A DNA stretch of 63,964 nucleotides, filler included, from Reclinomonas americana ATCC 50394 (Eukaryota): assembly GCA_048213135.1 (NCBI GenBank). It is 7 parts of 4 records of this genome, joined end to end, with 100 filler letters (N's around TTAATTAATTAA, not from the genome) between each part and the next. Parts side by side here need not be neighbours in the genome. Positions count along the whole stretch, not along the records: positions 23,456 to 33,281 come from PS015291.1; positions 33,382 to 53,971 come from PS015292.1; 5 more parts are not named here. One strand, given 5' to 3'. Made by a program: the position numbers and the translations under genes. The notes under the pieces were generated by a model. That model had not been told where the DNA came from and ran no database searches. It saw only the letters and a program-made list of their open reading frames with translations. Shown here piece after piece: positions 30,101 to 44,100 of the stretch. Numbering within the stretch: position 1 is the first letter of the stretch; each line of letters begins with the position of its first letter.

Positions 30101-33100
30101 AAGCCCACCTGTGAGGGCACGGACAGTCAGTATGTCACTGCATGCATTGTACATAACCAAAGGACGCACTTCGACCAGCGCGTTAAAGTGATCAGCGTCA
30201 CCGGCGAGTCGCTGGCCTATCGTATGCGGCAAGACTACAAGTGGAGTTCGAAGCGCGTCAGATCCTTGCGCAGACGTCAGCGTCTCAAATGCCACTGAGA
30301 AAAAACATATGGTGAGAACTCTACGAGGACACTTGTCGATTTGAAGGGCTTGTGGCTCACCCGAGTACGCTCCCTTGGAAGCCGATGTCACAGTTGGGTC
30401 CACCTTTTGGGCTCGGAACGTAAAGTTTGGCGTTGAAACCGTTGTCGCACCCTCTTTCCCGGTCTGCTCACAAGGTGAGCATGCACGGCAATGTCCAACA
30501 CACAAAAAGAGACTCACCAGTCCAGCCACTGTGCGATGTGCGATCTGATTCAACACCGGTTCCAAGGCGCACTGAGTGGCAATCGCATCCGCTTCGTCTG
30601 TCGTCGGCAGCGAAAGCATGGTCGACACGGCCTCGGCCAGTGACTGCAAGGCAAGAGAGCAAACATCGGTCAGCTGCTAACTACACCTCGCACGCAATGG
30701 GAACAACACGCGCTGACACGGACGCACACTCAGCGCAGCAGTCGACGGGTATGCCGACAAATTCTGCGCCACTGCGCGTGCCGCGGACACCAAGTTCTGC
30801 CGCACCACCTGCATGTCGGCCGCTGGTAAGCTGCTAGTCACCTGTGTAGCGTGGTACGAATGTCAGTTCCTGACTGTAGCAGATAGTAAAATCGAGGCAC
30901 CATGCACTCACATTCGCCACATTGTTCACCACAGAGGCGAACGACGCCAATTCCAGTCCGTCACCCGTGGACACATGACTGCTGGCGGCAAGCACGACCT
31001 CCGACATGCGCGTCAAGGCGGAAGGGGAAACGACTGTCATGCGCAACGCTGCGTCAATGGCATGACATCAATGAGACGAGAATGCTGGCCAGCCAACTTA
31101 ACTTGGAGAAGTGTCACTATTGCCAGACAGCATGCTGCTACCGCTCAGCAGAGACAAACTTGCTGTCACGGTGCTCAACACAATTGAAGCGGCGCCAGGA
31201 CTCTGTACCAGCACCGATGAGAGTGAGTCACGAACGGCGACGCCAATCAACAATGCCTGTTCAGCGCGCACCGTGATATTCACGGCACTGGCCGACGACA
31301 GCACTGTATCGACTGCGGCTAGCACAGAAGTGGAGTCGGCATACATCTTGCGATGCAATGTAATGACAGCGATGACCGACGTTCTACGAAAGGAGTCAAC
31401 AAGTCGGCAAGAGATTGGTGCGAACAGCCGAGAGCGCAGGTGCGTGAACGACTCACCGGCCACCATCCACATCAGTCGCTGTGACGCCGACAGTGGCTTG
31501 ATCCTGAGCGCGGCACAAGTGCTGCAGTTTGACCCCGCTGACCTTGCCCGATGGACCCGATCCCAGAGTCAACTGTGGCGCACAGAAATGAGACCACAGT
31601 AAGACAGCGACACACAGCGCGAAACTGGCAGACAGGGGATGACGGCACCTGCTGATTGGATTCGGGATCGAGCACAAAGAAAGTATACGTCAGCGGCATT
31701 GGCGAATCAGGATCTTGGAAACCAGTGGCCACCAGGTCGAACTCCGTCTCCAGCTCCACTCCCTCAGACGGCGAACAGACAAGCATTCCACGAGTCGGCG
31801 GCACATTGACCGTGATTAAACGACGAATGAGGACTGCGGAAACGAGATTACGACACGTCAGCTCCATCGCAAATGGTCGGGCAGACGGAAAGTAATGCTG
31901 CAACACACCTCGTCCAGTCAGCGGATGCGTTACCCACGCTTCGGCTTCGTACGCGACTCCAGGAACGAACGAGTTGGCTGGAATAATCGCGAAACCATCG
32001 CTTGGTGTCCATCCGAACGAGGCGACTTTGACCGAAGGTGAGCCGGTCCTGTTTTTTTCAAATTGCACGATCAGAAACGGCAGGATACCAACTCGTGCAA
32101 CAGACACAACGCAACGCTTTCGAATAGATTCCCCACTCGAACGTCATCTTTGCGACGTCAGCAGGCGCCACACCGTCCATGATCAAGTCCAGCGTCAGCG
32201 GCAGCGAGGCATCAAAGCTGCGAGACAAGCTCCCCTGCGCACAGCATGATGAGAAGGAGGAAGGGAGCACACCAGGATCATGATCAGAGCATTTCTCCAC
32301 GCACTCGAATAAAGGCACTTCCTGAGCCGATGCGCGCTGTCTGGGTTCCAAAATCTGCGGCACATTCACACAAAAAGTTGGAACACAACAGAAAACACTG
32401 CTCACACACAACGGGCACACACGCACCTTGGAAGACGTACACGTTTTGCGCGTACACTCCACCGTTGCCGTCATTGGTCTGCACTTGCACCTCGTGATTG
32501 CTGCCAGCCAGGTCGTCCGTGTCCACCACGAGGTTCGAGCCGGTGACGTTGAACTTCGACCCAGATCGCCCGCCGATAATCGTCAACGTCTGCGTCTGGC
32601 AACAATTGTTGTCACTGACGTCTAGCGGTCCAATGACGGTTCCGCGCCGTGCAAACGGCGTCATGCCCACCGCCGCGGGTTCCACTGCAAATGTGTTGTG
32701 CACCAGCGCAATTGATGTCGGTGGCACATTGGCTGTTGTAACAACAATCCCCAAGAGAGTCAGTCGCCAACGGAGCACCACAGTGACGGACAAAGCGAAA
32801 AACAGAACCTTCAGTGATGGTGAACGATTGTGACTGCGACAGCCCACGCGAGTCGGTCACTTGCAGTGTCACTTGCAAGTTCAGGCCCTGCTGCGAAGGC
32901 GACCGGACAACCAGATTTGTTCCCTGGACATCAAAGAGGCTGGCGGCCGGACCACCAGCAACTGAGTATGTCAACACCTCGTTTGAGTTCAGGTCCGTGG
33001 CCGACAGCTGTCCCACTGCGGAATTGGCGGTCCCCGACATGGGAATGTACAGCCGATTCGACAAGGCGAGACCCGTCGGCGCCACATTCACTAACGAATC

Positions 33101-33281
33101 ACAAGATGTGATCATCAATCAACACGCGCACACAGACAGCTGCCACTCGCTCTTGCCTCACCTTCATCAACGATGACGCCGACTTTGACGTAGAAGAGAC
33201 CTGCTGCGTCGGTTACACGCAGATCCACACGGAAACCCATTCCACGAGTTCCGGCGGCACTGATTCGCAGCTGATTGGCGG
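24115..33281 (-). CDS. Polycystin-1-like multi-pass protein: cadherin-like repeats, REJ, GAIN/GPS, TM segments (5' partial; 3' exon structure uncertain)
   Basis: Cadherin-like VNVAPTGLALS..VGQLSATDLNSNEVLTYSV..VTDSRG. REJ-like VNVPPTRGMLVCSPSEGVELETEFDLVATGFQDPDSPMPLTYTF. GPS-like FCATSHMTDF, then TM1 FFLLCTYFVLFVVTVVVMW and PKD1-like HLWVSAVIEPRR. Confidence 0.75.
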
Positions 33282-33393
33282 NNNNNNNNNNNNNNNNNNN
33301 NNNNNNNNNNNNNNNNNNNNNNNNNTTAATTAATTAANNNNNNNNNNNNNNNNNNNNNNNNNNNNNNNNNNNNNNNNNNNNTGCACTCACTGA

Positions 33394-33465
<72 letters not shown>

Positions 33466-33721
33466 GGGCTCCGCACTTTCCCATCTCTCGACGTCGACAG
33501 CGTTGTCGACGTACGCGTCTCACTCCTCGCTGCGTCCACAGTCGTGCAGTTGCCTCTTATTGGTTGTTCCAGAGTGTTCGACTGCTTGCGGTGGGTGCCT
33601 TGTGCACCCAAATCGTCAAGCCTTTTGTGTCTGGCCATGGAACCGGGAGTGACGATACGAAGGCCATGGCCGACCAGTATCGAGTTGTGGAAGCCATCAA
33701 GTCTTTTTTCAATTTGTGCGT

Positions 33722-33777
<56 letters not shown>

Positions 33778-33913
33778 GCACATGTATACACACATGTATA
33801 CACAACACACAGATCCGATAGGAACCCATCTCGAACGCTGGCCATGGTAATAATGGACTAATTCTTTTTTCGCGCCCAGCCCACTGTTGGCGGTCATTTG
33901 TGTTCACTGGACC

Positions 33914-34841
33914 ATGGCTACCACTGTACTTATCCGACACCGCAGCAAGGGACTTGCCAACCACTGCGCCGAGTGTCGCTGCAGAGGTTCCTTCGTCACT
34001 GTATACCTCTGGGTCGCTCTATCTATCCAGCTCGTCAGCTGCCTTGGCGCACCGTGCGTGGATGCAGTACGACAGAGTATGCTTATTAACGGATGTGATG
34101 GTGCACAGTGCGACGAGTTGGACGTTCCATTCGTTGCTCTTGAGCTGATCGCTGTCTGCACAACCGTTGCTGTGCTGGGTGTCGTTTGTGGCGTTTTGAT
34201 ATGTATGCGCTCGCGGAACACTTTAACTGCCCGTTCTCTACGGAACGCTGTTGTCAAGGTTTGTTTCGCTCTTGCTGAGAGTGAGTTTACTCGCCGCAGC
34301 CAATTGTGGGTTTTTGTAATTATCTGTGCGCTGCGCTCTCTCAGTCAACTTTAGTTGCAACGTCTGCGACGCTTGTGTCATTCGTGCGCGCCGTGGAGTA
34401 TATTACGGAGCTCACGCATCCAACTGTCGATCTTGACTCTACTTACTATATCACTCATGTAAGCAGCTCGTGTCGTCGCCATCCGTGCACGTACCCTCTG
34501 TTGTTGTTAACTGACGTCGACTACGTGTCGTATACAAACGGCTCCAGATCGTTGCCTACTGCGCCCTCACCGTCGCTGTTGCATGGGCGTTGCACCAGTC
34601 GAGTGCGGAGACAGATCGTGAGCGCGCAAGGAGTGCTGCTCCGGTGAGACGGCAGCTGCCACATGATGTGCAGCACGCGCAGATTGAGATGTCTGGCACG
34701 TCGGCGCCGGCGACAATTTCCACTGCAACAAGCCAACTTTCAGTCCCTTTTCTGGCCAGTCCCGATCGCGACCACGAAGCATTGACGACGATATCTGCCC
34801 CTGAGGCAGCGTTGAACGACGTCTATCTAACTCGAGATTAG
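33914..34841 (+). CDS. Possible small membrane protein, exon structure unresolved
   Basis: Hydrophobic segments (VTVYLWVALSIQL; IAVCTTVAVLGVVCGVLICM) with candidate short introns. Confidence 0.25.
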
Positions 34842-35171
34842 CTGCCTCGAGGCGAACCAATAATCTTCTAAAAATTAATATTCCCGAACTGGATGTGCCA
34901 TGAACGATTGCAGAAAACGCTTTGCTTCTGTCTACAGTACATGCAAGTGAGTCAAATCCACTGGTCAGGAGCAGCACTTGAAAAGGCCGCAAACATTTCA
35001 TCAGTTTTGTTCGAAAATGTATATCGACCTAATTCTCTGTATTCAGCTCTTCGCAAGCCTGCCATAATTTGGGATTTAGGAGGCCGCCGTACTCCGCCCG
35101 GGCCCTAGTACCAACAGACAGGCCGTTGTGGTCGCGAATTTNNNNNNNNNNNNNNNNNNNNAGAGAGAGAG

Positions 35172-38100
35172 AATGGGCCAGTTAATGTCCCTCGCGGGTG
35201 ACATACCACACGGTGGTCTGGTCCTCCAACAGGCGCCACCCGCTCCTCAGCAGCAGCAACAGCCTGCCGCCGCCGCTGCCGCACCTGCTGCTGCTGCAGG
35301 CGCGGCCGCCGCTGGTGGTGCCGCTGTCGCACAAGCCGTGCCTGCAGCTGCTGGCGCACCTGCTGCTGCGCCTGCCCCCGCCGCTGCTGCAGTGGCGGCT
35401 GTTGCAGCGGCTGCGGCGGCTCCTGCGGCTGCGGCTGCGGCTGCGGCGGCTGCTGCTGCGGCGGCTATGAACAACCCAGCAGGTGCAGCAGGCGCGCCCG
35501 GTGCTGAGTCGCCTGAGGATGTGCTGTTCTTGTCAACGGCGCTGGAGCGGCTCGCCGACGATGACTATGTCAGTGAGCGGTACGATCGCTTTGCGGCGTT
35601 GCTGGGGGAGCCACCGCGTGCGGCACTGCGGAAGCTCTTGGAGGCCGTCAAGAGAGAGCGCGAAAAGGGCGACTTGACTGCGGGGTTTCGGTGGGTGCTC
35701 GTGTGGAGCGTGTGAGCGGGCATGAGATAGAGTGGCAGTGAGAGCGACAGTGAGCGAGTGTGTGAGTGTGTGTGAGAGTGTGTTTGGCGCCATCACCAAC
35801 ATCCCGCGCAACTGCTTGTGTTGTCTCGTGTACGCGCTCCGTTGTTCTCTGCGTGTCATCGCCTTGTGGTGTGTCTGAACATGGCGTATGTGCGTTTGGA
35901 TGGGGGAGAGTGGGGCGCGGGGTGATAGAGCATCGACATTTCCCCCCACGCACGCACGTACGCTGACAACTTCGCGTGGTGCAGACCCGAGTCGGAGCGT
36001 GATCGCCTCAAGAAGCTGGACCGGCTCACGCGGGAGCTTCGGTCGCTGGTCGTGTCGGAGAGCTTCCAGTACGGCGAGCTGTTTGAGCGTCGCTTCTTGA
36101 TTTTGGCCAAGATGCACCGATCGCTGCAGAAGCAGAAGCAGTTGAACGAAGTTGAGCTCCCTGCCCGTCGCCCTTCCCCCTTCCCCCTTTTCCTGTCTCC
36201 CATTGTGCTCATGCATCCGTTGCAGGAGCGCCACCGTGTGTTCTCGTCGCTCAAGGAGGTGGAGGCGCGATTGTCGGGCGCTGCGGTCGCCGGCCAGCAG
36301 CGCATGCACCAGGTGGTGGAGACGTCGATCCTCGGTGGCATTCGCCTCATTCTGGCGCTGTTCCGATCGCTGGGTCGCGTCGACAAGGAGTTGTCGTGGG
36401 AATTGCTGCGCTTCCTGCGTGATCAGCTCGGCTCACTCGATCGCTTGAGCCTGGCCAAGGTCCACTCTCACTCTCCCACCTGCTCGCTCTGTGTTGTTGT
36501 TGTTGTGGATAAGCTCACTGTGTCTATACTATGCTACAGAATGCTGGCCTCCCTGCTCCACATCTGTGCAAGGTGGGACTCGACAGCATTCGCGATTTTC
36601 TGCTCAGCATCAGTCGCGACGCTCCGTCGTCACCGTTGCGTCCGTGGCGTGCAGGTTTACTATCTGACTGGTTCATCAGCCTCTTCAATTGACTGTTGGG
36701 TCTTCTCCAATACACAGTGAGGGTCTGGAGGCGCTGAGTCTGCTGACTGGCCTGGCGCTGAATCGAGCCTCGGTGAAGGAGATTCTGAGCATTGTGGTGC
36801 TGCTGCTGCGTGGCCTCGAGGGGAATGTGGCGGATTCGGTCAACGAGTTGTTGGTGGCCAACTTTTTGGAGCGCTTCGCGCCCCTTCGTTGCGAGTTGCA
36901 ACTGTGTGGCTTTGGCGAAACATCTCGTGTCGGTTCGTCGTGCGGCAAATGTACGCACTCAGTCTCACGCACACAGGCACTGACGTAGTGGTCATTGCGC
37001 GCAGCGTCGGTGGCATGGCCGTCGGTGCCGAGTCTGGACGGTCAGAGTGTGTACAGCATTGCGTGCGATGGCGAGTATCTGTACGTGCACGGCACATTTG
37101 GATTGCTGAAACTGGGTTCCGGACTTCACGGGACTACGGCCGGTGGCGTCATCCACCATCTGCCGGGCTTCATGCCCGCCTCGAGGAGTTCACTGGGCGT
37201 TCTCGGACAGCACCTGTTGGTGCGCTCGGTCGAAGTCGCGCCGGCGGCTTTGGTCGTTCTCAGCCTGGACTCGTTGCAGGTGGGAGAACAAACAGACAGA
37301 GAGGAGATGGGTTGACGTAGCTTCTCACACTGCTGTCGTCGTCGTCGTTGTCGAGCAGGAAGTGGGTCGGGTGATGCAGAATGGCTCGGGATCGTATGCG
37401 ACCGACGACAACTCGGCATTCCCACTGTCTGCACTGACGGCACCTGCCGATGGCTCGGCAGTGCATTTCACGCCCGTGTGCACCGATGGAAAGCGCGTGT
37501 TCCAGATCGTGCGCAGCGACCAAGCCGTGTTTGTGCACGAGTACGACGGCGAGCGATTGCGCCACAGGAAGCGCATTCAACTGCGTGGTCGACGCAAGAG
37601 TTGAGTCGCCTAATATGGCTTCCGCACAGGGCACACCGTCTGACGCCCTTTCCTCTCTCTCTCTCACTCTCTCTCTCTCTCAGTCAATGCCAGCGAGGCG
37701 GAGCGCTCGTGCATTCATCTTGGTCCGGGGAACTTTGTGACGTTGCGCAACCCACCGGCACTGAATTTTGAGGGTCGTGTGACCATTGAGGCGTGGGTGA
37801 TGCTCGACGAGTTGGTGTCGACCAGCATGTGCAACATTGTGGCGCACGGCAATCCAGTGGCGCCCTACCCGCAGGTGTTCCTTCGTGTCAACAAGGGTCG
37901 TTTTGAGGCCGGCAGTTGCCAGGAGCGTTGCTTTGGTGCTGCCGTGCGCATCCAGCCGCGCGACATTGGTCGCTGGGTGCATCTGGCGGCCGTGTATGAT
38001 GGTGCCAATTGGCACATTCACAAGAACGGCGATCGTGCCGCGTCGTCCGGCTGCCACCACGGCGCCGTGACCATTCATGATGCCGATTGGGTGAGTGCCG

Positions 38101-41100
38101 CACTCCTCGCCATACTCCGTCCGACTCTTCTCTTTGTGTGACGTCGCCTCCCTCGTAGTGCATCGGCGCCACGAGCGACGGTGCTTCTCGCTACTTCCCC
38201 GGCTGCATCGATGAAGTGCGCATCTGGTCGTGTGCTCGCAAGTCCAACGACCTGAAGCACTACATGCGTCGCACTCTGCGTGGCGACGAGACGCACTTGC
38301 AGGCCTATTTCGGCCTCAATGAGGGCTCGGGACGCACCGTGTTTGACCTGTCGCCCAACGGATTGACGGGATCGTTTGTCGGCAACCCCAAGTGGCGTCG
38401 AGGCGGCGCTCCGATTGAGCTCGGCGATGCTGCATCGGGTGCGTCATCAAGTCTTTTTTTTCGTCTTTCTCGTGAGTTACGCGTGCTCACTTCTGTGCGG
38501 ATAAGCAGAGATCAAGTACTTTGAGCCTCGCATCCGCCCACCCACCGACAACTACTCGTGGTACACCAATGGCCAGTTCATCGGCGTGGTGCTATCGCCG
38601 GAGGACTCGGCATCGCTGTTGGGCGCCGATGGCAAGCCGCATGAGCGCGTGTGCCAGGTGTATTCGCTGGCCGACGGCGCGCTCACGCGTGAGTGCATTG
38701 TCGAGTTGCCGACTGCCAACCCAGGTGGGTGATGTATGTGGAGCGATGCTGCCGGGGAGTATCTATTCTGACAATGTGTTGGTGCAGTGCTGGCCTTCGA
38801 CCTGTGGAACAATGTGCTGTGGAGCGTCGTCAACTCGGAGAATGCCATTGTCAGCTGGCAGAATCTCGGCTTTGCGCCGTTTGAGGATGTGCCTGACATT
38901 GACAGTGAGCAGTTCCCACTCAAGGCGGAGACCATTGTCAGCTCACCGTTCTTCAAGGTGCAGGCTGGGAGTATTGCTCCGCTAGCACGCTGGAGTCTGT
39001 ACTAATGTTTTGGTGCGCTTCTGTTTCCTAGGGTCATCGTCGTGCCGTGGAGCACTACTCCGTGGAGAAGGTGGTGGTGTGGGCACTGGCTGCCATGGAT
39101 CTGTCGATTGGACGCATCGATGCAGCCACGGACAAGGAGCTGTTTGTGCCGTACATTGTGGAGATCGACGAGCACACGTTCCCGCAGATTTTCCAGGTGC
39201 TGGTGCAGCTGCAACGCTTGTACGTCAGCGACAGCGGCGAGTCGCGGCGCGACAAGCTGGTGCACGTGTACGCGCTGCTGGTGGTGCTGAAGGTGCTGCG
39301 AGCCAACCTCAAGCAGCTCGTGCGCATCAACATCAATCCCATTGATTGCGGACTGGGCGCGGAGAGTGAGCCTACGGCGCTTCGCAAGAAGTACCTCGAC
39401 GTGTTGTTGGTGCTGGTCGACGAGCAGCCGAAGCATCCGCTTGCCGTCACCGCCCAGGCGGCGATCCAGGCCGAGGTGTGCAACGTCCTCACCGAGGGCC
39501 TCAACGTGTTTGTGCCCTCCATCAATCAGCAGGCAGAGGTCAGTCTGTCTCGGGTACACACTGCGTTGGTGACGTCGCTGCTGACTTCTATTGTCTCCAC
39601 CATCCCCAGCTGCTCACCAGCTCAATGGAGAGCCCCGACGCTTTCACAGGCTCGCGCAAGACCCTGTTGGACGCGCTCATGCGCAAGTTCTCGGAGGTGT
39701 CTGCGGCCTTTGAGCTGATGAGCCACAGCACTCCCGCCACGATTCTCAGCAGCGCAGCGGCGGCCGACAGTGGCCACGGCGATGTGTCGTTCCGCGTGCA
39801 ACTGCTGAGTGCCGTGGTCCGTGTCGTTCGCAAGGAGGAGAAGCACGTGCTGGCGTTGGTGCGCGAGGGCGATCCGATTCCGCCCATGACGGCCATATTG
39901 CTGCTGTCCAACCTGGTCAAGGCGTTTTTGAGTGATCTGTGCATGGACTATGTGGAGCGCGACGCGCCGCGCGCATCACAGGCGGGACCGAACCTGAAGG
40001 ACATGCGTGACTTTGCTGTGATGTGGCTGGCCGAGAGCAAGGAGGCGTTCCAGGTTTGTGTAATCGGCGGCTGTGTGTGTTGTGCATATTTGATGTCACC
40101 TCTAACTCGTGTGTGACAGAGTGTGGCGGAGATTGCCGAGGGTGTGCAAATGACTGAGATGCTCTCCGAGGCCATCAAGAGCGGCACCATTCTGGCGCTC
40201 TTCCCGGCCGTTGTCGCCTCCCTGTGCCAGTTTGTGCGCATTCCGTCACTGGCGGCCGCGCTGGTGGTGCCAGTGGTCGACCTGCTGACCTGCCTGGACT
40301 CGATCAACACGAACATTCCGGAACTTTTGCAGGCCGATCGTGAGGTGCTCAAGCTCGCCGACCGTGGTGTCCCGGCGCTGCAGGAGGAGGTCGTGGAATC
40401 GAAGCACCCGTTGCGTTGTCGATACAATCCTTTTGTGGTCGGAGAGCAGTGCACTCATTCCGTGAGTCAGGTATCCGAGCAATGTCGAAGAGTGCTTTGT
40501 GGTCTCGTTTGCCGGCTGCAAGTACCTGTCGCTGATGTTCGACTCGCAGTGCTGCATGGAGCAAGAGTTCCGCTCCAAGTGTGATGCATGTTGACGGTCT
40601 TGCGTCTTTGACTCACACGCATGGTGTGCAGTTCGGATGTGTTGGAAATCTACGCCGGCTCCAACAGGAGCAGCTCGTTGGTCGGGCGTTACACTGGCAA
40701 GGGTGCGTTGGCGTGACCGATGCAAAGTGCTGTTGCTCACGAGTGTGTGTCTCACTCGCTGTTCCTGTACGCCGGCAGGCAACTATCCCAAGGACCAAGT
40801 GCGCGTGGAGACCGATTCCCTTCTCTTCTACTTCAAGAGCGACTTTGCAAGCAACAAGCGCGACTTTGGTTACAAGATCACAGTTCGTGCCACCTATGAG
40901 CATCATCAGCTGTCGATTCCGTGGCTGCTGGATGCCGAAAAGTCTCTTGCGTACCTCGTGGGCAAGGTATGTCATTATTTCCCCTCTCTGTCGGCTTCAC
41001 GAAGCTCATTTTCGCCTCTTTGCGTGACGAATAGATTTGCTTGGTGCTGCTGAGTGGATACCCGACGGATGAGCGAGAGGACGCCATGCGCGTGTGGCTT

Positions 41101-44100
41101 CAGTCGGAGCTGTTGTGTGAGGGTCTGGAGCAGCGATTCTGCAGCGACGACGAGATTGCCGACTTTTTGCCGCTGCTCGACGTGCACTCCATGCGCGACT
41201 CGGGCACCGACCAGACGTCGTACCACTTCCTGCAGTCGGTGGTCAGCAACACCGACAACGGTCGCAAGTTCATCACACTGCTGCAGGAGACGGTGCCGTT
41301 GGAGGACGACTTGCGCCGCCTCGGGTGGAACGATCGTGAGTTTGTTGTCCCTCTTCCTCACTTGTCTTCGTATCTCTTATACACACGCACTCGCAGCGCA
41401 CGTGAATCAAGCCGTGCGAGCGGTGGTGGCCGTGCTCATCAAGCACAATTGCTGCCTGGAGGAGGCGACCGTGTATGCGTCGTCGGACGGGCATCGCGAC
41501 CCACCGGAGGTACTGGAGCGCATTTGGCGCACGGCTAACCGATTGCGTCGCATGATCTGGCAGCGCCGTCATCTGCTCATCAACACACTCGACGATGCCG
41601 GCGACTCCTCATCGTCGTCGGCAGTCGCGGCTGCCGCTTACGAGAATCTGTGTGCGCCCATTGTGGCCAAGTGCGAGTTTATGTTGAAACTCGCACAGAC
41701 GCCCTCCGGCCCCTCGTTCACGCCGGCCACACCGAGCGGCGGTCACTCGTCGAATCCGTTCGTGCTGCAGCAGCCGAACTCGGCACCGGCCACACCGAGT
41801 CCGTCGCGCATGACTCGCACACCGGGCAGTGCCGCACGCAGCCCGCGCAACACCATGAACACGACACCCGAGTTGCGTTCTCCAACACATTATTCTGCTC
41901 AGGCTTTTGGATGTGATTGTACTGATTGGTGGTGTTGTGTGTGTGACGACAGGCACAAGAACTTGATCTCCTGGTCGACTCTTCGCCGGTGGCGTCATGT
42001 GGTGCTCGGTGGCAGCGCGCTGGTGCAGCACGACGACGATGATCGGTTCTCCGTGCTCTGGCGCATCATCCACCAGATGTTGGACGACGACAAGCCGCTG
42101 ACCGACGAGTTGACTCTGTTCCTCAATCGGCGTCGTGTGCGTGCCAGTGCTCGTGCCGTGTCGTATCGCACGATTGGCACGCTGGCCCGCAATCTCGGCA
42201 TGCATTCGATCCGGCACGATCTGTTNNNNNNNNNNNNNNNNNNNNNNNNNNNNNNNNNNNNNNNNNNNNNNNNNNNCTCGTTGGTGATGAACACCGGAAG
42301 ACGAAGCGACGACGAGTGCGCATCCTCCACCAGAGTCTCCTCACGCAGCGGCGAGCACACCACAGCCAGCGCACCGGCCTCTTGCAGGGTCAAAATCTAC
42401 GGCATCGAGTCGGTGAGCACAGGACTGATGACGCGCGCCAGTGGACACATGAAGCAACGGACCTTGTCGGCCACCTTGGCGGTGCATCCGTCCAACAGCA
42501 CCACATGCCCGTTGATCTCCGATGCCGACGGCTCCTCCGTTGACATCACATACACCATGTCGGCCTCGACGACGGCAGTCGCACTCAACGGTCGCCCAAC
42601 ATTGACCATGGCCACATTCATCTGACTGGCCATGTACAGCGGTCGGAGCACGACCAAACGAGGCTCCTCTGTGTCGACACGAGTTTGAGAAACAGGCCAG
42701 TGTGACAGCACACGGCTGGATTGGACACGCAACGATGCCGCAGAAGGACGCGCACGCCGGGAACGTCACCAAGCGAAATGTCTACGATGCGCTCCTGCAG
42801 GCGCGCCGACATTTCTTCCAGATCGAGTGTCACGACAGTCTTGGGGTAAGGTGTCGGCTGCGTGGCCAGAGCCACCAACTGCCGAAGATGTCCTGTGCAC
42901 AGCAGCAGGTAAGCACCGTCACGCAAGCACACGGAGCGAGAATGAGAGGGAAGCGAGAAAACCAACCGTCACCCAAGAAGCGGCTCAACAGCATGGTGTG
43001 CTTGCGCGCCAACATAGCCACCACGCGCATAGCAGCAGCAGTAAACTGTGCATACACAATGGACTGCATGGGGGCGCTGGCCATTGACGGTGGGACCTTG
43101 GTGAAGGCGCCAAGAGATGAGAAAATGTCCTTGACCCACTCAATGTGACCCGTATCCAGCGTGCCCTGCACGACCTCGTGTGTCAGACGAACGCGCAATC
43201 CGTCTCGTTCGGCACACAACGCAACACGTCCACACACCTCAAAGATGGGGATGACATCCAGCACCTTCGCACTCTCAATGTCGGCCGGTGAGCTGTCTCG
43301 CACGTACTTGAGCGAGTTGGACGACGGGTGGTACGTCATGACAGTGCACCTGTGGTGAAGAAAGGCGCTGAGAACCTTGAGGAACAAACCTGGTAATGTC
43401 TGCAAATNNNNNNNNNNNNNNNNNNNNNNNNNNNNNNNNNNNNNNNNNNNNNNNNNNNNNNNNNNNNNNNNNNNNNNNNNNNNNNNNNNNNNNNNNNNNN
43501 NNNNNNNNNNNNNNNNNNNNNNNNNNNNNNNNNNNNNNNNNNNNNNNNNNNNNNNNNNNNNNNNNNNNNNNNNNNNNNNNNNNNNNNNTCGCCGCATCCT
43601 TACGCCGACAACACCGACATCAAGCACGAGCTGCATGTGCCAGAGGCGCGCGGATTGCACATTTCTTTCGATCCACGTTGCGCGACGGAGAACGGCTGCG
43701 ACTACCTCACCTTCTGCACCGACCCCGAGTGCGAAGTTATGCTGAAGAAGTTCACCGGCCCCTCGCGCAAGTTCGTAGCCTTCTTCGTGCCCTACAATCG
43801 GGTGTGGATGCACTTCAAGAGCGACGCCAGCGGCAACGACTGGGGCTACAAGTTCTTTGTGCAGGGTTTGTGCAGCGTTGCTTACTTTTTTGCTTGTGTC
43901 GTTGTCACTCATGTGTCGACTGTGTGGCGCAGGCATTGGATGCGGTCCGAAGAACGACGCACAGGCGCTCAATCAGCCGAACATGGACTACGGCGTGCAA
44001 CTCCTGGGCTTGCTCCTGAAGCAGGTGCACCGATACCATCACATTGTTATTGCAGAGGACCTTGTGTTTGCCATTCTGCGCTGCATTCCGTCGGCGTCGG

